Assembly: GCA_051294375.1 (NCBI GenBank)
Contig: CM119269.1
Coordinates: 19,352,901 to 19,416,900, forward strand
Source of the DNA: Paraspadella gotoi
Taxonomy: Eukaryota; Animalia; Chaetognatha
Direction: 5' to 3'
Length of the DNA stretch: 64,000 bases
Shown here: in pieces, positions 31,553 to 43,703 of the stretch
Numbering within the stretch: position 1 is the first letter of the stretch
Layout of the letters: each line of letters begins with the position of its first letter
Notes under the pieces: model-generated
Told to the model about the DNA's origin: nothing
Databases searched by the model: none
Seen by the model: only the letters and a program-made list of their open reading frames with translations
Program-made: the position numbers and the translations under genes

Positions 31553-34500
31553 GGGCCGCCGGCAAAGCAACAAAAGCTTTTAATAAAATTGGCAAAAAAA
31601 TTGGCAAGTTTGGTAAAGCCCTCGTCGAAGGTCAGGGTGATGGCCAAGCAGGTGGCCAAGAAATAGCCAAACCGAATTTTAACGTCGACGACAAAATAAT
31701 GAAAACACCTGGAGATCTGATTGGAAAGGACGAGGCGAGAGAAGCCCTGGCAGTCTCAAGGCCACGGGGACTAGAAAGGTCACTTTCAAAGGCTTCAGGG
31801 TTTCGAGGGCATCAAAGAATTCGAACCCTCCGGCTGGAAAGTCGAGGTGCAGAAGCAGGGAGGGACCCCGGCCAAAGTGTCGGAGGGGAAAAGCAGAGCG
31901 CCTCTCTCTACCAATGGGCGTCGGCATGGCGTTGATGAACGGCTGTTTTGGCAACAACTACAAAAAGGGAGATCCGTGCTACGACTTTGCCAGAATCTCC
32001 CTCTGTGTGTCACGATCAGATCGACGCCGCCAATTTCCTCGGGGTTGGGTTCGACGGTCGGGGCTTTTACTCGGCGGAGAGTCGCAAAAAAAGCGTGATA
32101 CAGAGGACCTGCGCAGGCAAAGCTAAGTTCATGGACAAGGATGTCCCAGATTGCATGAACGCCTTTGGTATTTACGATTACTCGTACATACGGAAACCTT
32201 TAAAAATTCGGCAAATTATATAAGATACTTGCAAGAAAAGGCTGCAACCTCTGAACAACAAGCGATGTTTCAGATGGAAGCAAAGGCGGTGAGCAATGGA
32301 CAAAATTTTGGCGTGAATTTGGGCTTAATCGGAAGCTTGATCGGTCAAGCGAAGGGCGGGCCGGCGGGAGCGCAAGTGGGAGAACAAATCGGAAGCTCCA
32401 TCGGGTTTGGTACCGGCTCCGGAGCCGGATCGGCCAGCGCCAAGAGCAAAGGATCGCGGGAATCCAATATAAAACCTCTCAATCTAGTTCGAGCGGAGCT
32501 GGTTCGGCCCGTCAAATGATCGCCATTCTGGAGGCAGATTTGAAACTCTACGAGCTGGTGCTCGACGAACTCAAGCCCAATGATCTGAACATAAACTTGT
32601 TGTCAGAAATCCTACAACTCCCGACTTCGTATTTTAACAACAACGCCGACGTCAAGTTTCAAAACTTCATCTTGAGGTGGGGAACTCATTTCGTCAAGGC
32701 GGCCAAATTTGGCGGCGAAATGAGAATCATGAAGACTTCGAGGAAAGAATCGACCCTTTCATCGGACGAGTTCGCCGCCGCCGCTCAGTCAGAATTCGCG
32801 GGAATGATGGGCGTCCTGAGAAGCAGGTTTCAACAGAGAGAGACGAGGTGGGGCTTCCTCGGCCTCGGAGGTAAGCACGTCAGTAGAAACCAACAGGCTT
32901 CGGCCGCAAGGGAAGAAACGGCGCGGGCCAAAATAAATCAGAAGATGGGAGGTACGCAAAGTGGGTCTCAATCCGAATTCATCAAGACCACTATAAACGT
33001 GAGAGGCGGTAATCCAGAAATTGCCGCCGCCATCACCGAGTTTTATACTCCGCAGTTTAGAGAGTTGTTCACTCAGTGGCTTGATAGCATCGACGACTAC
33101 GTTAGACCGTTCGAATTTACTCTCGGAAAATTGAGCAGCATTCTCGATATGAATATAGAGAGTTTATTCGGTGACGATAAATCCAAATCTGGATGTTTCC
33201 AACCTGCTGGTTCATTGAAAAACGATCCCGTAAAGGGTTTAACATATTTCGAAAGTGTAATAACAGTTGTCGACAAAGATAAGAACAAAATTCCTATTAA
33301 AAGAAGAAATTACTGCAAATATGGTAGTTCCAAGCAGAAGTTCATGGACAGATTATTACAGGCTAAACTAGCCTTAGAGAGAGCCGAGACCTTTTACATG
33401 GCCGAAGGACCGTTTTCAACCAGCAATTTCGACATGAATGGAGGTAGAAGTGGTTGTGAATCTGACATTATTGATTATGTTCAAGACGGTGTATCTCAAA
33501 CTAAAACCTGGCCAAAATTAATATCAATCAAACACACTGAATTCAAAGTCGTGTTCAACATGAGATATGATTTGAAAGGGGTTCCAAAAGATGCCGAGTA
33601 CTACGTAAAGTTCTTCAACCATAGATGGTTCACCAAATATCCGAGAACCAAGTACCTCAAAGAGTTCAGTTGCGCCAACAGCGGGGAAGAGAATGAAATT
33701 TGCGTCGCAAATTTGCCTTTGATCTACGACGAGACAACCGGTTATTTGACGATAAACGAGAAGAAATTCAAGAGAGTGGCTTGGTGGTTGAAAGGTCCAG
33801 TGGCATCCATCGTGTCTGTGAATCAGATAAAGGAATTGGAAGCGAACATCGGATCGATCGGTTTCGTTCCCTGCAAACTCAAATGGACGAACAGCCATAA
33901 AATACAGATCGGACGAAAGGAATCCTGTATATACTTTCAGGGCGCGTCTATGGGTAATATTTACCTAGTATCCGCGGGTGTTCCGCAGGATTACAGGACC
34001 TGGAATTACATTCGCATTTCGCCCTCGGGAGTGTCGTTCTTCAGCGCCATGAGAACGATGCAGGTGTCCGAGTCTCCACTGAGCGCGACTCTCGGCGAAG
34101 AAACTCTCTTCACGGTATTTTTCGTCTGCTTCTCAAAACCGAATGGAAGATTGAGAATTGATTACGGGAAAGCCCCGGAAGATAAGGAGGTGGGCATCGT
34201 GCTGTCTTCTTTCATATTTCCCAAGCCCATGAAATTCGATTCGATCTACTTCACTTTCGGAGCCGGGGAAAAGAAGATCAGCGTGAGCGACGTTCGTGTG
34301 GTGAACGAAAAACCGAAAATCGAGTGCGGCGAAGGTTTGATTTTGATCAACGGGCGATGCGAGTTAAAATGTCACGAAGAATGCATCGGTTGTAAGAAAG
34401 CTAACGATCGCGGTCGTTGCATAAAGTGCAAAAATCAAAAAATATATTCAAAGGATGGAATGCTTTGCTTGAAAGAATGCGACGCTTCTATGAAGAAGGA

Positions 34501-36131
34501 TGGCAAAAAATGCATTTGTAAACCTTTTACCGCCTTTGACGGAAAAAAATGTGAAGGTAAATCATCTTGTCAATATTTACTACTCTTCGCTTTAATGTAA
34601 AGCGCTGTTAAGAATCTTCATTCAACCTTTTTTGCCCCTTTTTTTTTCGTCCATTCAGCTCTAAAAAACCTCGCCTTATCAGCAAAAATCAGATCTAACT
34701 TTATAAATGGGAGATCTAATACAAAATTTCCACAAGAAATTTTTCAGCGTCTGACAGACGGAAACTTGGACACCTGCGTAAATATACTCATCTCCCAGAA
34801 ATCCACTCTAGAAATTCCTCTTTCAAAACAAGTTGCAGGTAATGGGGGTCTAAAATAGAAATTTTGAATGAAATTAATCGTAAATTAATTATTGATGAGC
34901 AAGAAACGAGTAACTCTCTCAATAACTTAGCTTACTCAACTCTTAATAACTGATTAATAACTAATAACGAATTAAATTGACCCGTTGTAGAAAGGTTATA
35001 CTGAGAACCCTGGCGACTTATCAAAATAGACCGAGAGGAGAGAGGGTCGCCATTAGAGGGGGGGTATTAAGGTCAAGTCAAATATAAAAATTAAAATGAA
35101 GAAGTAAAAACAAAAAGAGACAAAGGAAAAAAGGAGAAAGAGAAAAAGAAAGATAGAGAGAAACTGGGAAACTTCGACCGAGTTCATAGGTTTTTATTTA
35201 AAATAATCTTAATATCCATTTATTTTTATTAATTTATGTTATTATAATCCAGTTTATACTTAGATTCTATACAAATATTATATGTTTTTAATATACCAAG
35301 ATATATTGGGCAGATCAGAAAATCTTAAAAACCTTATTTTTTTACTTATATGTAATAAACTTTTTAATATCGATTAATTAAAAAATTGTTGATGTATGTT
35401 TTAATTGCTATTTAACAACTCTTCTGAAAATAAAAAACTAAATAACATTAAAAATTTAATTATAAATAGCTGTTAAAAAGTCCTAAAATGTAACATGTAA
35501 CTAAGCTTCGATTCATCAACTTGGCGGTGGAGCACCCTACACCACCCCAACCGCACGGTGATTCCCCTGTCCCCACTCAACGGGTCAGGCGGAGGCCTCT
35601 CAGCAGGCAATGGACGTCCGATGCCTCTCCTGAGCCTACAGTAACTTGGTGCGACCCTTCTCGCACTGAGCGTCGACCAAAACGGCGGCTGCAGGAGGAA
35701 GTAGAGGAGTCTGTATCACCTGCACCCAAGCAGGCAAGAACAGGCAATCGCCCACCTCACCGGCAGGTGAGAGGAGGGCAGTCGGCAGGCCTATCAGGCC
35801 AAAGAGATATTCGAGTGGCACACGGCATCTTCCCAAGTGGATCACTACCCGATCTCAGGGTGTCCAACTCTACAAAAATATCTTCTCAGCCAGTGACCCA
35901 ATCACATCGTCAACGTCCCCTATTTGCCCGGCCGGGGGGGGCCTGCTCAATTTGAGTTTCTTTCTTAACTTAAATTTTCTCTAAATCTCTACTTATCCCT
36001 CACCACTTATTCTTCAATTTTCACCTTCACTTATACTTCATTAGTTAAATTAATTATTTATTATTTCGTTGTTACTATTATTCATTTAGTTTACTGATTC
36101 ATTTATCTTTGTTGTACATTTCAAAGTGTAA

Positions 36132-36171
<40 letters not shown>

Positions 36172-39100
36172 ATTTTCACCATTTCAAAAAATCAACTTAT
36201 TTCCCATTTTTCCTGTCCTTACCTTCACCTGTCCTGAAATCTGGCCACTGTCCTTTCTCAATTCTTTGTTGGAAACTCTCTCTCTCACTCTCTCTGTCTC
36301 TCTCTGTCTCTCTCTCACTCTCTCTTTCCTCAACTTTATGATTGTGAAATTACAACTGTCAAATGCTGATGAAAACTCGAAAAAACAAGAGTCGAAACAT
36401 GTCCAATAATCTGTAATAAAAAATCGTTGTAAAAATACTAAAAACTTTCGTTTTTTGAATCTGCTTATCTTATTGAACAACAAAAAGAGAAAAAATTATA
36501 CAATAACTATTTTCTCATATTTGAGCCCTAGGCAATCTTCATTTTTTTACTTGACCTTCATGCCCCCCCTCTTGTCGCCATGCCTCTCTAGTGCGCTATT
36601 ACGTCGCTGATGGAAGGAATAGTCGTATCTAACGTGTAGTGATATTACATCACTACATTAAATTTATTAAAAATAACAGTTTTTAACTTGCCATAATTGA
36701 GTTTTAATTACTAATACATTCATACTTTTTTTATTTAACCAATTATTTTACTTTCACTATTGTGACAGTGAGATGGATTATCCTCAAGTCCTACAAAATG
36801 TCCGCGGTTGCCACTACGATTCTTAATGGGAACAAAAAAATAGGGTGCGGCAGAGCTGTCGGTCTAAATATAAACGTAAAAAAAACTTTGACAGAAATTT
36901 TATTATATAATCCGAATTTAGGAGAAAAAAAAACAATTTATTTGTTTTTATCAACGAATTGTTTTATTGTTAATACATGTTTCGACTCTTGAGTTTTAGA
37001 GTCTTCAAGACTTCAAGACTTTTAGAGTCTTCAATGAAGACTAAAACTCAAGAGTCGAAACATGTATTAACAATAAAACAATTCGTTGATAAAAACAAAT
37101 AAATTGTTTTTTTCTCCTAAATTTCAAAACGCAACGAAATTGATAGTTTATACACAATAATCCGAATTATAAAAAAAATTATTTTTAAAAAGTAAAAAAT
37201 TTAAATTCATTGATATTGATTCAAAAAAGATGCAAAATTTTATGAAGTTAACCTAGTCGGAATGTAAAAAAATATCTAAGAAAAAAAATCTATACACCGT
37301 CGTTGAATGTTATTATAAACAAAGAAATAAGATCAAGTTTCATTAAAGGGGTACTTAAAGGGGTACTAAAATGTGTAACTTAAGAAAAAAGAAACGAAGA
37401 GATTCCCACAGTTCTGCCGCGACCTTACCGTCTTTACTGCAGCGCCTGCGAGAGCGTCCAAGATCCCTTTTATGAGGAAGTTGGTCGCCGGGAAGCACTA
37501 ATGAAGCGTCAGGTGAAGCTGGGTTGCATCGGGGTCTCCAACGGCGCCCACCAATCAGGGCTGCAAGCTAGTCTTTCATAATTCAGAAATATCAAACATT
37601 TTTAAAAGTTCTTCTAGGTTCTTTCAAAGTTTCTTATGCCAAATTTAGTGGAGAAAACGAAAATCACCACAAAAAATTATCTCAGTTGCTCCTTATGGAT
37701 TTTTGAAACTTTTGGAAAGGATTGAGAATTTTAACAAAAAAACATATATTTGGCCAGCATTTTAATATTTTAAAATCAAAATAAATATAATTATAACTTT
37801 ATTACCTATTTATTTTGTTTTTGTTTATAAATGAAATCAAAAATCTTTAAAGTATAGTGATCTCGCCAGACGTTACTATCAAAAAAAATTAATTAAAAAG
37901 TATTATCTAATTTGCATATTACAGTAAATCATAATAAAGTGGAAATTCAAATAAAAAATACTTAAATGGATACATATTTTAACTGCCTCACTGCCTCACT
38001 AATGGAACTTGATAACGAGATTCATTGTTTAGTAGTTAAACCATAAACCTGCAAAAAAAAGATAGAAATTATTTATTATTATTATAATGGCTACTTAAAA
38101 GAAGTGGTGAGCAAGAATAGGAGTGGTTCAACCTGGACTATGATGCGATTATAGTTATTAACTGGTATGATGATAGTCATTTACTGATATAAAGATAGTC
38201 ATTTATTGATATATTGATAAGCATTCATTGACGTGATGATAATTATTCATTGACGCGATAGTAATTATTCACTGATGTGATAATAATCATTCACTGATGT
38301 GATGATAACCAAAAATTGATGCAATGATAACCAAATTATTAACGCGATGATAACTTTAGTCCAACTGCTGTAGAGCTGAACTCGTTTTTTTAGATGAATC
38401 AGAAGAGGCAGCGCCTAATAAAAAAAAAGAAAATTATATATATAATTTAAAGAAAGATAAAAAATGTTATAAATGCTTACAATTGTAAAAGTTTTAAAAG
38501 TATATATTTTTATTTATATTAAAATTTAGATATAGCTTCTTATCAAAAAGGTTTTGTAAAATCACATGTTTTATATTGATTCAAGTATTTTTTATAAAAA
38601 AAAAATTTTAATATGTTTTATTGTAATATATAAATTAGATTATAATATTCTATTTACTAATTTTTATATTTATAGAAAGTAATTTGCATAATATAATAAA
38701 TCATAATAAGAAAAAAATTCAAACAAAAAATACTTAAATCCATATGAAACATAATAATTGCAAAAATCTTAAATATGAGAAGCTATATCTAAACTTTTAC
38801 TATGATCATATATTTTTATAAAAATCTATTGTAATTTGTAGTAGTTTTTATTTAAAAAAAAATTGTAAGCCCCAGACAAAACTAAATAATAAAAAAGCAT
38901 GACACCAATGCAGATGACGATAATGACGACGACATCACGAAGAAGCTGAGCCGAAACAAAATCTAGCCAAGATGGGCTTAAGCCCGTCTGGTGAGATAGA
39001 AATTATAATTTTAAAAGGCTTTATTAATTTATATTGATTTCCATTGATTGTTATTGTCTGTACTAAAATCTATATGCTTGGATTATTTTATAAAGCTACT

Positions 39101-40732
39101 GATATAAATGACGAACCAAGCAGGTTGTTTAGGAACTCTTTTACAGCTTTAACCAAGCATACGAACACAAACAAGCTTGCAGCGCCGCCCAGAAGCCGGC
39201 GCTGACGAACGTGGTGAAATAAACTATATTTGGGCTAACAAGATTAATCACCACATATCCTTGTTTGTTCACTCAAATAAAATTTGTTCCCCAGTGCTCC
39301 ACTCTACTAAATATTTATCAGCTTAAAAACGTTTCTTTTCTAAAACAGCCAGCTTCAAGTGGTGGAAAATAAAATTCATAAATAATAAACTAAGTGTTAC
39401 GTAATAATGATCAATATATTACGAGGAAATTCCAGCTTCTCTACCTTTTCCCCAACTGTTCTTTTGTTCCCTTACTAACGCAAGGATATTCGGTTTCTCT
39501 GGCGATCACAGCGACACCTGTAGTTTCGATTATGTATTAAAGTATATACTTAAGTACAAGTTTCCGAGGCAGTGCGTGGCGGCTTCTGATTGGTTCCCGC
39601 CCTTTCGATAGATCTCAGTCCTGATTTCTATCGACGTGTGGCCTTTCAGACTTCACTTAGTCTCACACTGCGTTTTGCTACTTTTTAATAAGTTTTCTAC
39701 AATTCGCATATAGATATTCTCGGAAACACGTTTTTTAATAATAAGTTTTTGTGATCGCTGGATTGGTGGACTTTCTTTGTGATAGAGGCAACATTTTACA
39801 ATTCTGGCTTCAGAAACAAGTAAGAGAATCTCTTTAAAATTTATATATATATTTACTGAGTGTGTATTAAATGTTTTGTTCCCTTTGTCCAGGATTTCTA
39901 ACTTTAGCTTCAAGGCTCTTTAGCTTCAGAGAAGATCCTGGATTTCGCATCGACTTGATCGTCCGCCTTGCGTCGACGATCATCTTTGCCGAGACTTTGT
40001 CGTCAGCCATCTTGAGCTAGTGGACCGGTGCCATCGTCTCTTCTGCGCCATCTTCCTCGAATTCCTCTACTTTTGATAGCGCAGAATTAGTTCAGGAAAG
40101 TTAGCGAATCAACGATAGCCACCTCTACGACTTCAGTTCGTTTACACTAAGAATATTTTGGTACATGGTGATATGGTGATAATCGTTTTTTTCACTAAAA
40201 ATGGAATAAGATACTTTGCAAGAATCAACCACTTTTTAAATATGAGATAATTTTAGGAGCCGATGGCGCAGTCGACAGATTCCCGAGTCTTATTGTATGG
40301 ATCTGAGAGCCAACAGAGGCGCACAATATGAACTTGAGAGACGCTGACCAAAGTGACCATGTATACTGACTCATATCATTTATTAGTTACAACGTTTTTT
40401 ATTGTTTAAAAACAACGGTAAAATTGAAACAAAAACAAAACATGTCCGTTATTTTTGTTTCAATTTTATCGTTGTTTTTAAACAATAAAACTAAAACTTA
40501 CCAACAACAACGAATCGAAAGAAATTACATTATACCATTTATTAAAGAAAAACTAAAGGAAAACAATAAATGATAATTAAGTGACAACTTCTTCCAGAAG
40601 AATCCTGAAAAGATTGCGTTGAGCTGCCCTGGAAAGGGACTCGTCGGCGACACGGTCAAGTTGGAGTTTGATTCCACCAGGAGGTTCGGGTTTATTCTTT
40701 GCGAGATCGAGGTCTACTCGTCCTCCTCCTGA
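31553..40732 (+). CDS. MACPF-domain protein with furin-like Cys-rich repeat and C-terminal F-type-lectin/F5-8-like domains, right copy: has the terminal exon, no correctly oriented leader exon
   Basis: Large exon 31553-34556 (several 5' frameshifts; intact ORF from 32516) has the MACPF signature W-G-T-H-F-x6-G-G and CHEECIGC..C..C. Exon 34659-34838 ALKNLALSAKI...LTDGNLDTC; exon from 36769 VRWIILKS...GCG; probable exons at ~37412, ~39294 (KNVSFLKQPASS) and ~39893; last exon 40598-40732 ...FILCEIEVYSSSS*. Confidence 0.8.
35521..36450 (+). mobile_element. Probable Penelope-like 3' fragment in a MACPF intron (mirror ~24865-25787, -)
   Basis: GC-rich coding-like segment, then CT-rich pLTR-like sequence ending in a hammerhead motif and an AATAAAAAATCGTTG tail. 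Related copy at 31200-31456. Confidence 0.55.
36362..36408 (+). ncRNA. Minimal type-I hammerhead ribozyme motif (Penelope type); mirror at ~24900-24944(-), relatives at 43745 and 56504
   Basis: CTGATGA-AA-ACTC-loop-GAGT-C-GAAAC-AT-GTC with palindromic ACATGT stem III; the stem II closing G is mutated in this copy. Confidence 0.6.
36915..37156. mobile_element. Fold-back Penelope pLTR remnant with tail and 12-bp target duplication
   Basis: Inverted arms 36915-37123; ATAATCCGAATT repeated at 36907-36918 and 37157-37168. Confidence 0.65.
40255..40490 (+). mobile_element. Penelope-like 3' fragment with fold-back end; related fragment 43545-43830
   Basis: Frameshifted RSRQIPESYCMDLRANRGA/HNMNLRDADQ resembles a GIY-YIG C-terminus. 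GAGA(C/T)GCTGACC...ATCATTTATTA is shared with ~43578. Inverted repeat 40398-40490 surrounds AAACATGTC. Confidence 0.5.
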
Positions 40733-41453
40733 CGAATATAGAAGTGAAGAAAAAAAAGGGCATTGTAGACGGGGCCGGTCGATGTGATTATTGTGACTGC
40801 TTATTATTGATTATGTGATTATTTGTAAGAAAAGTCGGAACCCTGGGGGGGTGGGTTGCTGCGTGCGGAGTTGTACATTTTTATAACGTCTTTAGCTTCA
40901 GCTCGATTCAGATCGTAAACAAAATGCAAAATTTCGTTGTCGACAAAAACATTTTTCATAAAAAAATATTGAGAAATTTTACTAAAAGTATATTGTACCT
41001 ATCTATTATGTACAATGTTTGAGATTTTGCTTTTAATGGCCTCTTGTTATTAAAAAAAAAAAAAATTGTTTTTTTGTGGCTGAATTTTAAAGAAAAATAT
41101 ATATTGTTTTCATGTACTTAATTGAAAAGTGACAATTTTCAGTGTTTGAAAGACGTCATGATTTCACAAATTTTATAAATATTGCTGTAATGTACTGTAT
41201 AACAAATTGTTTTATAATAATCATGCGGATAAATTTGAATCTCGCTGTCACTGTGATGATGAAAACACACAATTAAATAGAATTGAGAAATTATTTTGAA
41301 TGAACATTGAACTCGATGTCTACATCACTAATCTCCTCATCATTAATGATCAAGAGTCATAAATCGATCAATCAATCAACAATAAATCAATTAAACAAAC
41401 AATCAATCAATCAAACATTCATTTAGCCTATCAATTGAATCATTCTTTCAATA

Positions 41454-42510
41454 TCATATCTTCCCCCTCGCTGCTTCGACGACTAAGACGATGACGACGA
41501 CGACGACCACGAGAACGATTGCGTGCAGCGCCATCCGTCGGGCGAGGCGCCCTTTTCGTCCCGCCAAGAGGAATTGCCCGGCGTCGTTGAGGCGTCGCGA
41601 TTCCATGGAAGTGAGAAGAGCCATGGTGCCGAGGCAGAGGAAGTTGAAGAGGATGCATGAGAGGAGAGAGAGCCAGAGATAGTCTATCGGAAATGAAGAA
41701 ATTATATTTCAAAAAAGGTTTAATAAATACCAGAATGTAAAACAGTATAAAGCAAAGTGGTGGTATTTGAAAAGTGATACTAATGAGCGGTGTTCGACTT
41801 AAACCCGCCTAACCACTGCCCGCTCTTAGTCTCGTCTCAGCCTCGGCGGGTTCGATCACTGATTAAGCTCCGTTCTAGCTAGATGAGAAGGGACCTCTTT
41901 AAACAGGCCAGTGACTGGAGTCGGTCAGTGACGCCAGTTTGTGAGATAGCCTAGGCCCCGCTTATGATAGTGAGTCCCCCCCCGTTGCCATATTAGCATA
42001 TCTAGCATTAGAAAGTCTAAAATCCAATCGATCAATAATGGGAAGCAAAGTCTAGAAAGTATCTCCCTCGGGCTTCACTTGCCTGGAGGTCGCGCCGATT
42101 TCGGGTCGTAACCCGCGGGGAGGTCGTGTTTCTTTACCGTCACTTTTTCGTTGCTTCGATCGTAGGAAACTTCGTTGGAGAAAATCGTGTAGACGACTGA
42201 GAAATTAAATATGAAAACATTATATTTGATTAAATCCATTGATAATCATAAATTAACAATACTAAATAAAAGATTAGCACGGACGATATATCCCAATAAG
42301 ATAAGTGAAGAATCGAGAAAGATTAAGAAAGTAAAGAATAGAATAAGGATTAAAGTCGTGAAAAATTTGAAGAAAAATACCTCCGGCATTTCAATAATCG
42401 TGAGCTCGAATAATTCATACTCGTACTCACGACAAAATAATGTCTCTTATAACCAAGAGACGCAAAATGGTTCAATTGCACTTACCTTCTGAGTCCTTGC
42501 CAATCGCCAT
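41454..42510 (-). CDS. CD225/dispanin (IFITM-like) membrane protein, ~122 aa, 3 exons
   Basis: Exons 42510-42486, 42196-42083 (GC donor G|GCAAGT) and 41683-41454 give ...RPPDYLWLSLLSCILFNFLCLGTMALLTSMESRRLNDAGQFLLAGRKGRLARRMALHAIVLVVVVVVIVLVVEAARGKI*, matching the IFITM pattern PDH..WS...LF.N.CCLG..A...S..SR.....G. The start codon is uncertain (frame open to an acceptor near 42722). Confidence 0.85.
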
Positions 42511-42923
42511 CGTCGAACATTTGGGAATATCGCTAGGCGCGATGCAGCTTGCGCCGGCGGAGGTAAAACCCGCCGCGCAAAAAAAGCCGGAGCACGCAAA
42601 GACTGAAAAGGTAGAGAAGTTTAGCTGGCGAGTAAGTTTTTCGCGATGCTCGCTCGCTGTTGAATATGCACTCCGCTGCCAGGTAAGTGTTTCGGCACCG
42701 AGACAAACCTTATAGCTGCCGACTGAAGATGGAATAGAAAAGCGAAGAATTTAGGAAAGTTAAATAAATAAACATAATCCTTTTCATAAGAAAGTTATTG
42801 GTAAAAGATGAATAAAAAAGAAATTAAATATAGCCGTGTTAATTTTTAAAAGCGACACTGTTAAAATAAAACTGGTTTTTAAAAGAGGGGATTGGTTTCG
42901 AATTTTCTAGCCAGATTGCATGA

Positions 42924-43063
<140 letters not shown>

Positions 43064-43258
43064 GCTGCAAAACCGATTCTGGATATTATCATTAGGAGCT
43101 GAAATTGGAATGAGTAAGTTATTAAGTCAAAAAGTAAAGATAACTGAGACGGAGAAAAAAGACTTCAGAGAGAGGGATCGTTGAAAAGAAATAGAAAGAA
43201 CAATTGAGACAAAGAAAGAGAGAGAAATAGAGTGGAAGAGAGAGAAAGAGAGAGAGAG

Positions 43259-43300
<42 letters not shown>

Positions 43301-43660
43301 AAAAAGAAAGAAAGAAACAGGACAGGAAAAAGAACAGCTGTAACTTAATCAGGGGAATCCTCTCTATGGATCACAAGTTTTGATAAATGAAGAGTCGCGA
43401 ACGGTTTTCTAAAAAGACGGAAAAGTTACTCAGCTGCTCAAACCAAAAGTTCATTTAAATTACTGTTAAACATTCAACATTAAACGCCTTTGAAAAGAAT
43501 TAAACACAAAGGGTAAGTTTTAAAAATATTCGAACCCTGTACAGTAGTATTGATTTTGGAAGCATACAATATAATGGGAGATGCTGACCATGAACCAAGT
43601 ATTCTGACACTTATCATTTATTACTTATTAGCATGATACTCATTCACTGAAAGGCAAACA

Positions 43661-43703
<43 letters not shown>

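Larger units (their letters stand above)
31457..40145. repeat. Right arm of the large palindrome
   Basis: Reverse complement of 21164-29839; spacer 29840-31456 (1617 bp). Confidence 0.97.

Noticed and set aside
32516-34600. Intronless bacterial-like toxin gene or contamination
   Set aside because: Phase-compatible spliceosomal exons flank it on both sides, and it has metazoan-type furin-like Cys repeats.
41785-42005. CCGCCTAACCACTGCC resembles the 5' end of the rice twister ribozyme
   Set aside because: No P4 hairpin with a UCCYAAGC-type loop follows; left as an unclassified GC-rich intronic repeat.
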